Counted from the first letter of the stretch, positions 26,638 to 37,716 are shown. The stretch is 64,000 nucleotides of DNA from Geosiphon pyriformis uo1 (GCA_016748015.1 JAAOMT010000514.1:51866-115865), one strand, 5' to 3'. Notes: generated by a model from the sequence alone, not told the origin. Program-made: numbers and translations.

Positions 26638-28671
26638 TTACATTTCAATGATAATGATTGGTTTTAGATCTCATGGTATATCTTCTAGTTTGATTAATGG
26701 AATTTGTGTTCCTAGTTGAGGTACTGATGACAATGACTGCTGTTTTGCATGATAAATTTTTAATCAGTTTTTATGAGCTACTTTCTTTAAAATCTTGTTT
26801 TCCAATTGTAGTTTATAAGCTCTATTTTCTAAAGCTTCATGTATGTGAAATAGACCATTCCACTTTGGGTCAAACTTTCCATTCCACTGTTTTTTAGCTT
26901 TTGTACAATATAACAGTATCTGGTCTCCAATTTTGAATTCCATTGGTAGTTCAGGCAGGTGATTGTTATGTTTTTCTTTTTACTGTTTTTGAGCATTACT
27001 AATATTATCAGCTGCTGTTCTTTGGTTGTTTTCTAATGTCTCCATTAGCTGATATGTTCTTTGGTATAAGATAGCTTTAAAGTTCTCTTCAGTGATTGTT
27101 TCTGTTAGTTAGGATGATATTTTTTATTTGATAGGTAACATTGCTTTTCTTCTATAGACTAGTTTGAATAGTGTAAATTGTGTCGTATTTTGTTTTAGTG
27201 TTTGGTATGTAAAGAATACTGAGAGTATGAATAAGTCCTATTCTTGTTCATTTTTTTGACTTATTTTTGCTAATGCTTCACATAGTGTTTGGTTGAATTG
27301 TTCTACTAGTCTATTTGTCTGTGGGTAGTATGGTGACAATAAAGATTGTTTTATTCCAAATCCTTGACTTAATTCAGTTAACGTATTATTGACAAAATGT
27401 GTTTTTTGGTCAAAAAGTAATTCTTTCAGGCATCCATGTCTACATATTAGATCTTGGTGTATGAATTCAGCAACTGTTTTGACATCAGTTATTTGAATTG
27501 CTCTGGCTTCTGGCCATTTTGTAAGATAGTCTATGACTACAGCAATGTATCAATTTCTTTTGGATGTAATTGATAAAGGCCCAACCAAATCAATTCTGAT
27601 TCTATCAAATGGATTTCCAACTAGAATGGGTCAAAGTGATTCCATTATTTTGGCTCCCCCTCTTCACTGGCAGGAGTCACAATTAAGAATGTATTCAAAA
27701 ATATTCTTATATATTATAGGCCAATAGTATAAATTTTTTGTTCTTTTCAAAGTAGTGTCTTTGTTAAAATGTTCTGTGGTGAGATCTGAATGCATGCTAT
27801 GTAATATAGTTTCTTTTTCACTGTCTTTGATCAATCATTGTGGGGTGGGGTGATTTTGTCATTTTTGACAGTAAAATTGATTGTTTTGAATAAAGTAATT
27901 TTGTGTTTGTTTTTGTATGGCACTCTGTTCCTGTTGAAATAAGATCTTCTTGGAATGTAGTGTTGATAGATACTGATGTATTTGTTGGTAGGTGATTGTG
28001 TCTATGAATCTGAGATTAAATTTATGGCATTCTCGACAAACTGTTAGCATTGGTGTTCTTGGATTCTTCTTTGTAGTGAATTTTAAGTGGGAATTGTTGC
28101 AGATAAGTGCTCCATTGTGCATATTTTTCTTTTAGTTGTGAGTTATTGAGTAACCAGATGAGTCTCTTATGATTGGTAAATAGATCAAATAGTTGTTTGA
28201 GATAGTGTTTCCATATTTGTATGGTCCAATAAGTGGCGAAGCATTCTAAGTTTGTTGCATTATATATCTTTTTTGCTGGACTTGTACTATGACTAATATA
28301 TGCAATTGGATGTTCTCTTTTGTCTGGTCTTATCTGAGATAAAACGGCTCCTAGTGCATTTTTTGAGGCATCTGTAGTGACAATGAAATGTTTGGTGAAA
28401 TCAGAATAGATCAATATTGGAGAGGTGATCAATTACTGCTTGAGATAGTCAAATGTTTTCTGCTAGTCTTCTCTCCATAGGTACAGTACATATTTGGATA
28501 ACAAGTAATGAAAGAATTTTGTGATGGTAGAGAATTCTTTGACAAATCTTTGATAGTATCCTGTTAATCTCAAAAATTTTCGTAATTCTCGTAGGTTGAT
28601 TGGGACTGGGAAGTCTTTGACTTTTTGGATTTTGTCTGAATTGGGCTTAACTTTATCTTTTCTGATCACGT
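26638..28671 (-). pseudogene. Integrase, RNase H and RT C-terminus of element B
   Basis: FIVTTDASKNALGAVLSQ (RNase H, ORF 28022-28432); integrase core and GPF module; ORF 28463-28669 is RT thumb. Confidence 0.9.
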
Positions 28672-28879
28672 TGTTACCAGTAGAATTTTAGCTATTAATT
28701 AGCATGAAATTACCCTTATAATTCCTATAATTCATTAGTATATTAATATTATTTCAAATTATCATTTATTATTTAATCAATTATCACATATCATGATTCA
28801 AGTAAAATAATCTAATTAGTATAACAGAAAGTAAGATGATCAAATTACACAATACTCTGAACTTTGTAACATTCAAAAA

Positions 28880-28996
28880 TTCGCCAAAATTTATAGAAAT
28901 TCGCCAAAATTATGAATAGTTCACCCAAATTAATCAATAGTTCAGCGAAATAACTTGTAGTTCATCAAAATGTATCTTTAGTTTGCCGGAATTTGG
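28880..28996 (+). repeat. U3 tandem ~20-21-bp repeats (TTCGCCGAAA...TAG core), about 6 units
   Basis: ttcgccaaaatttatagaaa ttcgccaaaattatgaatag ttcacccaaattaatcaatag...; present in all A/C/F LTRs. Confidence 0.8.
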
Positions 28997-29041
28997 GCAA
29001 AAAGAAAAAAAGTGCAAGTTCATAAACTAGTACTACAACAA

Positions 29042-29059
29042 GTTGTATAAAAGAAGAGC
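29042..29059 (+). promoter_or_regulatory. Candidate TATA box of the A/C/F LTR promoter
   Basis: gttgTATAAAAgaagagc just downstream of the U3 repeats, conserved in all five A/C/F LTR copies; function inferred from position. Confidence 0.4.
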
Positions 29060-29646
29060 TTTTCTCTTCTGAAAAATGTATCTTACTTTAGATTTATCAC
29101 TTAGAACTATTCTTACATACACAAAAAGAAATAAATATCAAATAATTTAAAAAACCAAATTTTTTAAATTATTGCACTTAGAAAATCTCCAAAAACCCAA
29201 CTAACATTTTGAAATTGATTAGCTACCAATTTCAGTAAACTGTTAGTGACTCCAGGCCTGGATAGAAAACGTTTCTCTTGATAAAATTCTATTTCTTTTA
29301 TATTTCTTTTATTTTTCTTTCTTTTCTTATTACAATCATTAGGGTAGCCTACAGATAAGATTTCTGTAAAAGAGTTGACTTTCACAGCAAAGTAACTACA
29401 CATTTTAGTGAGCTTCCAGACAAGCAATTTTTGGGAAAGAGTTGACGTTTACTACAATGTAACTACATAAAGTAACTGGCAAGGAATTGGCCATTCCACT
29501 TATAAGCCCAGCAGTTCAAATTATAGGAGATAATTTGAAGATAAATTCGGTTATTGGAGGTTCAACCACATCCAAAAAACGTGAATTCACAACAGACAGG
29601 CATCAACAACATTTAAAAAAAGAGACCAAAAACCTCCAGTAACATT

Positions 29647-29656
29647 TGGTGCTCTC
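29647..29656 (+). promoter_or_regulatory. Primer-binding site of A (TGGTGCTCTC)
   Basis: Follows LTR-end CA plus TT; complementary to a tRNA ending ...GAGCACCA (isoacceptor not determined). Confidence 0.85.
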
Positions 29657-29689
29657 CTACGGAAATAACACAGTAACAACAAATTCAAA

Positions 29690-31300
29690 GTGGCGACCAC
29701 ACCAGACACAGCAACTCTAAAGTATTACCAGTCAATTTACACCCACTGCAAGCAAAGATTTAACATTCCAGACAGAATTGAAATTGTAAAGAAATTAGTA
29801 TACCAATACATTGAAAACTGCATCAACAATTATCTTTTTGGAAACTACAACATTTCAGAAGTTAGAAGCAACTTCTACAATAATTTAGTGCATTATTCAC
29901 ATTTGGGAACAGAAGACCTGAACAGTGAAACACTTGCTACCTACTTCTAAGAACTTAATTTTAATATTATTAAGTATTGTGAAGAAAAATGCCCAGTACA
30001 GTCTAAATACTCTTTTGACTTTGAATCAGAGACAGAAACAAGCAATAAAGGCAAACAAAGATTGAAGCAATACTTAAGAACCATTCCAAACACTCCAACA
30101 CTACAAAAGACAACTGTCAAACACTTGCAAACACCTGAACAAGGAACCAGTGTCAAATTACCACTTTCTATTACACTATTTCCAATTTCATTTGTTCAAC
30201 CACAAATACCAAGTTCACCACTTAGCCGTTTCTCCAGACCAGAAGATTTTCAGTCACCTAGAAATCCTATTCAACAGCAGGAACCAATATCAACAAGTGC
30301 CAATATCATTAATTACTTACAGAAAAACGAAAGTAATCACTCAGAAAGCTTGGAAAGTAAAGAAACTGAATCAGAACCAGAAGAAATTCCAGAAAATGAA
30401 GAAGAAATAGCAACTGCTTACATTGCAAAAATCCCAGAATTCACTGGTGAAGACAATGATACCAGTCCTCAAGAATGGCTTGACAAAGTTCAAAAAGCAG
30501 GAGATGCAAATGGTTGGATTACAGCAAGAATGCTCAAAGCAATTCCCTACTTTCTCCAAGAAACAGCAGGAGAATGGTTTGAAAATTTAGAAGAACCATT
30601 TGAAAACTGGCAAGCACTCAAAGATGCTTTTCTACAACAATTCATTGACAACAATACCTCTATCACTCTCAAAAATTGCTTTCGCAATATTAAACAAGAA
30701 ACATCTGAATCTGTTATGACCTATCTTGGAAGATTTAACAAACTTCTCAGACAAATTCGACAATTAGAAACCAATGACTACTATTCTGATGCTCAAATTC
30801 TGAATCAGTTTATAGCAGGGTTAAAAGACAAACTGATTAAGAAAGTCCATCCACATGCTCTAGCAGACTTAGCAACTGTTATTAGACATGCAAAAAGCTA
30901 TGAAATGGCAATGGAAAAAGCAAATCACACCAAGCTTGTAAATCTTGCAATTGGAGAAACCAGTTCAGCAGCTGAAAAGAAGATAGACCAACTCACAAAA
31001 AAAGTTGAAAGCTACTTCACAAACCAACAACAACAGCAACAACAACCACAAAGATATCAACCCCCACAATAATGCAACCAAAACAATTTTGGATCATCAT
31101 CCAACAATCAATCTCAAAATTGTCATTATTGTGGAATTCCAGGACACTGGAAACGAGATTGTAGGAAATTACAAAGAGACCAACAAAACAGGAGTAATCA
31201 ACGTTACTTTTCATCACAATAAACTTATTACCAATCTCCACGACCAACTTATTATTTACCAAGACCACAAAATTAAAACAGTTACTATCCACCAGCTCCA
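29690..31300 (+). pseudogene. gag: gag of element A (N-terminal extension, capsid, CCHC knuckle)
   Basis: Retrotrans_gag-like IPEFTGE...PQEWL...FLQQF...YLGRFNKL...QFIAGLK; CHYCGIPGHWKRDC at 31121-31162; scattered premature stops. Confidence 0.9.
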
Positions 31301-33039
31301 CAATCAATGCAGCAACAATATCAACAACCTTTACCAATTCAGCCATATCAGACACCACCCACTCAACAATATCAAGTACCAGCAAGAAGATTGGTTCAAC
31401 ATAACCAATTCACACTCCAAAATCAATTGCAGAATAACCACAACAGAATCAATCCAAATAACCAGTTGGTTCCCCGAAATTCAGGCCAGCAAAGACCCAA
31501 TCACTATCACACTCAATCCAGTTATTTTACAATACCAGAGGAATCGAATTTTCAACAAACTGCACTTTCTGAAGGTGAAATTGCAGCACCAAGATCAAAT
31601 TCTTTCAACCACACCATTCTCTCAGCTCAAATTGCCCAAAATGCTAATCTGTCAGATATATTTCCATTTGAATTTGAGGCAAATGAATCACCATTTCTGC
31701 TTAGTAATGCAGCAGTCAATGAACAGAAAGCAATTACTGTCATGTACACAGAAGCTACAGTGGAAGGAAAACCCATTTACTTAATCTTAGATAGTGGATC
31801 AGCTGGAAGTATTATCACTTACCAGCTGATGCAACAACTCAAACAAAATATAGACAGACCAGCTCAAACAGTTATTGTCACAGCTGATAGTATGAAGAAG
31901 ACTCCAGTAGGAAAAATTGATGATTTCCCTTTTTCAATTGATGGAATCATCATTCCAGTTAAAGTTCTTGTTATAGATGCACTTCAATACCAAGCTCTAG
32001 TCAGAAATGATTGGCTTTTAAAGGCCAATGCAAACCTGAACTGGGAAACTCAAGAACTTAAAATCTCATACCAAGGACAATATACTATAGTACCTGCAAC
32101 CTGTGGTACTTTTAACAAACGATCAGAAAAAGCTCCAGTATTTGAATTTGAAGAGGAGAAAGAAATGCCACTTACTGAAACCTACATGGCTCTTAAATCA
32201 ACATCCAATTGGGCTGAAGAAACCGAACAAGAGATTTTCGAAGAATCAAGGGGATGGAAGAAAGTTAGATATTCTACACCAGAACCACAGAAACAACCAC
32301 TCTATATTCTACTTAAATGCAAAGATTGCAACAAAAAACTTTCATCAATGGGAGCATGTATTTCTCCAGAAGAGGAATATGAAACTCGTACCTGTTACTT
32401 TTGCAAAGCATACCATAGAGAACAATTTGGATCTCCAAAAAGAAGTGGAAAATAGGACAACACATCTTGCCTTACATGTGGAGAAATACTACCAGAAAAA
32501 TACAATTGGATTGATGTAGCAATGAGAGGAGGAGTATGTGATCAAACCTGTCAATATGCTCTATCAATTTCGGAAAAAGTCAGAAGAGGAACACCATTTA
32601 ATGCAGCATACAACAGTGCTCTCAATAAACTTTACCACTACCCTCATGATGCTAATATAATTTTTGATCTAGCAATGGCATTAATCAATGGAGCTACTCA
32701 AGAAGATGTCCGCCAAATGAAAGAAGCTGAATATATTGAGTACATCATGGAATTAGCTGGATTTGATTATAAAGATGAAGTAAAAACCTACCACCAAATT
32801 GCAAGCCACACATATTTGACCAAAGAAGCTCAAATTCAACGATTAGAGCAAATGAACATTCAATTATGTGAAGAATGTGTTATGCCTTGTGATGACCAAT
32901 GGTGTTTAGAATGTTATGCTCTTAGCATTCCTCTGCCAGATAAGAATAATAAAAATGAAATCGAATTTGGAGTATCTGAACAAGTAGAAGAACTACCAAC
33001 CACTCCCATCTATCTTTTTGAAAAACAACCACCTCTACA

Positions 33040-33465
33040 ACTTAAATATTTTGACAACCATGGCCAAGAAATCAGACCAGAAAAAGCACACGAAATTGAT
33101 GCTGGATATGACTTGAAATACCCAGGAAAAGATACTTTGATTCTCCAACCAAAGTTTTTAACAAAAATCAATTTAAAAATTGCTCTTAAAATTCCACCAG
33201 GAGCAATGGTTCAAATTGCCTCCAGATCATCATTGGCAAGCAAAAGAATCAATATTAGAGAAGAAGTTATAGATGTAGAATACACTGAAGACATTACCAT
33301 CATGCTACAGAATGAGACAGACAAACCATTCAAATTGAACATGCTGAAAAAATTGCTCAAGCAATTTACTTACCCTTAATCAACATTTCGGGTTTACAAT
33401 CAGTAAACAACAGAGAACAATTGGAAAAAAGTGAAAAAAGAACTCAAGGTTTTGGTTCAACTGGA
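33040..33465 (+). pseudogene. dut: dUTPase domain within pol of A
   Basis: All five trimeric dUTPase motifs in order (AGYDL, RSS, decayed GVIDAGYTG, KIAQAI, GFGSTG), with one frameshift; also in B (~38890-39310), E (~10820-11270) and F (~55100-55530). Confidence 0.9.
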
Positions 33466-34376
33466 CGATTTACAGTTCCAGTAAACATAGTTCTTAATAC
33501 ACAAAATAAATCTCACCAGATTCTTCAACTTCCTTAGCCAATTACCATTTCATCTTTTGGAGAACATCACGAAATTTACACTTGCTCAAAACCCACTACT
33601 ACACAACAAATCTTTGAATCCAATGAACAAATCTGTTTGAAGCATGAAATATCAATTCCAAACGTTTATATTCCCAAAGGAATGAAAAAATTTTGAGTTA
33701 CATTCTACAACCCCAATAATTACCCTATTGTTTTATTAAACAAATTAGAAATTGAAATCATACACAGCAATATCTTTCAAGATGAAAACTCTCAAATTGT
33801 CTCTAATTTCATCGAAATTATAAAGCACATTCTACTCCCAAATTCAAATATCATTTCCACTACTGGAAACTATTACTTGTTGGAAGAAAAACTCTCTCGA
33901 ATCAATATGAGTTCCTTAGAACCTCAACAACAAAGACAATTGAAACAATTGATAGCTGAATTTGCAGATATATTTGCAAAAGACAACAATGACTTGGGAA
34001 AAACAGACATTGTTCAACATCAGATTTATACAGGAGATGCTCTACCAAAATGTCAACAAGCTTATTGAGTGCCACCTGCCAGCCACCAATTTATCAAAGA
34101 AGAGGTCCAAAGAATGCTCAATAACGGATTGATTCAACCATCAAGAAGTCCTTGGGCCTCACCAGTAGTTTTGGTTAAAAAGAAAAACGGAAAAATTAGA
34201 TTCTGTGTTGATTATAGACAACTGAATAGTGTTACAATTGGAGATGCCTACCCTCTTCCAAGAATTGATGACATGCTAGATGCTCTGGGAAAAGCCAAGT
34301 TCTTTTCAACTTTAGACCTAGAAAGTGGATACTGGCAAGTCGAAATGGACCCAAAAGATAGACCCAAAACAGCATT

Positions 34377-34396
34377 NNNNNNNNNNNNNNNNNNNN
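34377..34396. other. Assembly gap (20 N) replacing the RT core of A
   Basis: Compared with F, several hundred bp of RT are missing across this gap. Confidence 0.95.
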
Positions 34397-34872
34397 CAGC
34401 CCCAGTTCTTGCTTACCCAGACTTCAACAAACAATTCCAATTAGCCACTGATGCTTCACACATAGCATTTGGTGCCATCTTATCACAATTGAATGAAAAT
34501 GGCCAAGAACAAGTTATTGTCTATGCCAGCAGAACATTCAAGCCAACAGAACTCAAATATGGTTCAACTGAATTAGAAGCTGCTGCAGTTATTTGGGCTC
34601 TTAAACATTTTCAACAATATCTGAAAAATGGAAAAGAATTTGACATAATAATGGACAACATTGGCCTCAAATGGCTCAATAAAAAGAAAACTGAACAAAG
34701 TGCCAAACAGTCTCAATGAAATGACTTCCTAGCAGACTACAGATATATTGTACACCACAAACCAAGAAAACTACATACCAATGTTAATAGCCTCTCAAGA
34801 ATGAGACAAGATTAATACCAACAACAATTCCACCACAACTTACCAACTTACCAACAAAATAACCAAATAAGA

Positions 34873-35979
34873 ATGGATCCCAGAAACTACAGCAATCTTA
34901 AAAATTATTTGGAGACTCTTACTATGCCAGAAAACTGGTCTCCAAGTAAAAACCACCACTTACAACACCAATCAAAACAATATTTCATACACCAGAACAA
35001 AATTTATTATAAAAATTACAGAAAACCAAACCAGCCACTCAGATTAGTACAAGAGAATGAAAAAGAAACAATTTTATACAACATGCACACAGATCCGTCT
35101 TCAGCACACTTGGGAAAAAAAAGAACAATTCAAAGAACCCTTGAACATTATTTTTGGTCTCACATGCAAAAAGACATTCAACGATATGTAGAATCTTGTG
35201 ATAACTGCCAAAGAAGGGGAGGAACTCGCTCCACAGAACCTTTAAATCCAATCAAAGTTAGACAACCTTTTGACAGAGTTGGAATTGATTTAGTCGGACC
35301 ATTACCTATCACAACCCAAGGAAATCGTTATATTGCAGTTGCAGTGAATTATCTTACCAAATGGCCTGAAGCTAGAGCCATCCAAAGAGCAGATGCAAAA
35401 TCAGTAGCAAAATTCATCTATAAAGACATTATCTGTAGACATGAATGCCCAATTGAACTCTTATCTGATCAAGGAACACATTTTGTGAACAACTTGATAC
35501 AAAAAATTTGTGAATGGTTCAATGTCAAAAGACCTCTATCATTACCTTATCATCCTCAAACAAATGGACTTGTAGAACGTTTCAACAGAACATTGTGTGA
35601 ATCTTTAGCCAATGTCTTAACAGACTTTGAACAGGAATGGAATATCTTTATTCCATCAGTGTTACTAGCATACAGAATACTAAAACAAGATACTATGAAA
35701 CACACACCATTTGATTTTACTTATGGAAAAACAGCAACATTACCAATTAATTTCACAGTAGAAACATATCCAGTGCAACCAATCAATGAAAAAAACTTTC
35801 AAAAAACACTCCAAAGAAGAGCCTACACTCTTCTTAGTACACTGGAAGAAAAAAGAAGAATAGCAGCAGCTCATATTGAACATTCCCAAGCTCAACAAAA
35901 AGAAAGACATAACAACAAATTACCATCTATTACCAACGAATTTAAAGTTGGAAATAAAGTTCTCTTACACAGAACTAAG
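34873..35979 (+). CDS. Integrase of element A (HHCC zinc domain + DDE core), open up to the gap
   Basis: H..SAHLG...CDNCQR; VGIDLVGP, LLSDQGTHF, YHPQTNGLVERFN; own ATG after the RNase H stop. Confidence 0.9.
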
Positions 35980-36416
35980 NNNNNNNNNNNNNNNNNNNNN
36001 NNNNNNNNNNNNNNNNNNNNNNNNNNNNNNNNNNNNNNNNNNNNNNNNNNNNNNNNNNNNNNNNNNNNNNNNNNNNNNNNNNNNNNNNNNNNNNNNNNNN
36101 NNNNNNNNNNNNNNNNNNNNNNNNNNNNNNNNNNNNNNNNNNNNNNNNNNNNNNNNNNNNNNNNNNNNNNNNNNNNNNNNNNNNNNNNNNNNNNNNNNNN
36201 NNNNNNNNNNNNNNNNNNNNNNNNNNNNNNNNNNNNNNNNNNNNNNNNNNNNNNNNNNNNNNNNNNNNNNNNNNNNNNNNNNNNNNNNNNNNNNNNNNNN
36301 NNNNNNNNNNNNNNNNNNNNNNNNNNNNNNNNNNNNNNNNNNNNNNNNNNNNNNNNNNNNNNNNNNNNNNNNNNNNNNNNNNNNNNNNNNNNNNNNNNNN
36401 NNNNNNNNNNNNNNNN
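35980..36416. other. Assembly gap spanning the IN C-terminus and ORF3 N-terminus of A
   Basis: Run of N. Confidence 0.98.
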
Positions 36417-36762
36417 ACGAAAACTGGAACTTGAAGCAACAAATCTCACTCCTGAAGTTATACAAAAACAAATCTACAATGAATTCAAAACAGCAGCTGA
36501 ACCAACAAACACTCACTACAAACTTAGAGCAGCTTTTAGACTCTATGATTTGTTTAATACTTGTGAAAATGTTCTACAAAATCCAATACTGCAATCAATG
36601 AAAGTCCAATACATTGGCAAACTCACAGAACTGAAATTTCAACAATTTTCAGACCAGATTACTTCAATCATTTTAGATCACTATCTCAATATTACAGATA
36701 GTGCTTGGACTTCAACGGAGCTCAGTCTTGAGGAGGAGATTATGTTACAGGTAGAATTTTAG
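36417..36762 (+). CDS. ORF3 C-terminal half of element A (unknown function); reads through the PPT into the 3' LTR
   Basis: Open frame RKLELEATNL...HYKLRAAFRLYDLFNTCENVLQNP...LSLEEEIMLQVEF*; homologous to F 58923-59642 and C. Confidence 0.75.
36730..36739 (+). promoter_or_regulatory. Polypurine tract of A
   Basis: GAGGAGGAGA, 3 nt before the 3' LTR TG. Confidence 0.85.
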
Positions 36763-37716
36763 CTATTAATTAGCATGAAATTACCTTTATAATTCCTATA
36801 ATTCATTAGTATATTAATATCATTTCAAATTATCATTTATTATTTAATCAATTATCACATATCACGATTCAAATAAAATAATCTAATTAGTATAACAGAA
36901 AGTAAGATGATCAAATTACATAATACCCTGAACTTTGTAACATTCAAAAATTCGCCGAAATTTATAGAAATTCGCCGAAATTATGAATAGTTCACCCAAA
37001 TTAATCAATAGTTCAGCAAAATAACTTGTAGTTCATCAAAATGTATCTTTAGTTTGCCGGAATTTGGGCAAAGAGAAAAAAAGTGCAAGTTCATAAACTA
37101 GTACTACAACAAGTTGTATAAAAGAAGAGCTTTTCTCTTCTGGAAAATGTATCTTACTTTAGATTTATCACTTAGAACTATTCTTACATACACAAAAAGA
37201 AATAAATATCAAATAATTCAAAAAAAACCAAATTCTTTAATTATTACACTTGGAAAATCCCCAAAACCCAACTAATATTTCGAAATTGATTAGCTACCAA
37301 TTTCAGTAAACTGTTAGTGACTCAAGGCCTGGATAGAAAACGTTTCTCTTGATAAAATTCTATTTCTTTTATATTTCTTTTATTTTTTCTTTTTTTTCTT
37401 ATTACAATCATTAGGATAGCCTACAGATGAGATTTCTGTAGAAGAGTTGACTTTCACAGCAAAGTAACTACACATTTTAGTGAGCTTCCAGACTAGCAAT
37501 TCCTGGGAAAGAGTTGATGTTTACTACAACATAACTACATAAAGTAACTGGCAAGGAATTGGCCATTCCACTTATAAGCCCAGCAGTTCAAATTATAGGA
37601 GATAATTTGAAGATAAATTCGGTTATTGAAGGTTCAACCACATCCAGAAAACGTGAATTCACAACAGATAGGCATCAACAACATTTAAAAAAAGAGACCA
37701 AAAACCTTTGGTAACA
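36743..37716 (+). repeat. 3' LTR of element A
   Basis: TGTTAC...GGTAACA; direct repeat of 28672-29644. Confidence 0.97.

Larger units (their letters stand above)
28672..29644 (+). repeat. 5' LTR of element A
   Basis: TGTTACC...GTAACA; highly similar to 36743-37716. Confidence 0.97.
31307..34815 (+). pseudogene. pol: pol of element A: aspartic protease, Cys-rich domain, dUTPase, RT, RNase H
   Basis: LILDSGSAGS (PR); DAGYDL / IASRSSLA / GFGSTG (dUTPase); SPWASPVVLVKKK...RFCVDYRQLN...DLESGYWQV (RT); LATDASHIAFGAILSQ (RNase H). RT core is lost in a 20-N gap. Confidence 0.93.
28672..37716 (+). mobile_element. Ty3/Gypsy element A, near full length, among the least decayed in the window
   Basis: LTRs 28672-29644 and 36743-37716; PBS; PPT; 4-bp TSD ACGT(28668-71)/ATGT(37717-20); two assembly gaps. 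Confidence 0.97.

Noticed and set aside
29647-29656. Assignment of the PBS to a specific tRNA
   Set aside because: Several isoacceptors can end in GAGCA-CCA; the host tRNA set is needed
31017-31385. Val-rich antisense ORFs (also 53198-53389, 41098-41439, 42045-42404)
   Set aside because: Shadow frames of CAA/AAC-rich gag sequence; ends are not conserved between copies
34069-34719. RT lacking its catalytic core, fused directly to RNase H
   Set aside because: The junction is a 20-N placeholder gap, not a biological deletion
35876-36601. Poly-X ORFs on both strands
   Set aside because: Artefacts of the N run
34873-36762. 629-aa integrase-ORF3 fusion in the ORF track
   Set aside because: The frame is bridged by an N gap; gap-free F shows a stop at 58800 and a separate ORF3 ATG at 58923
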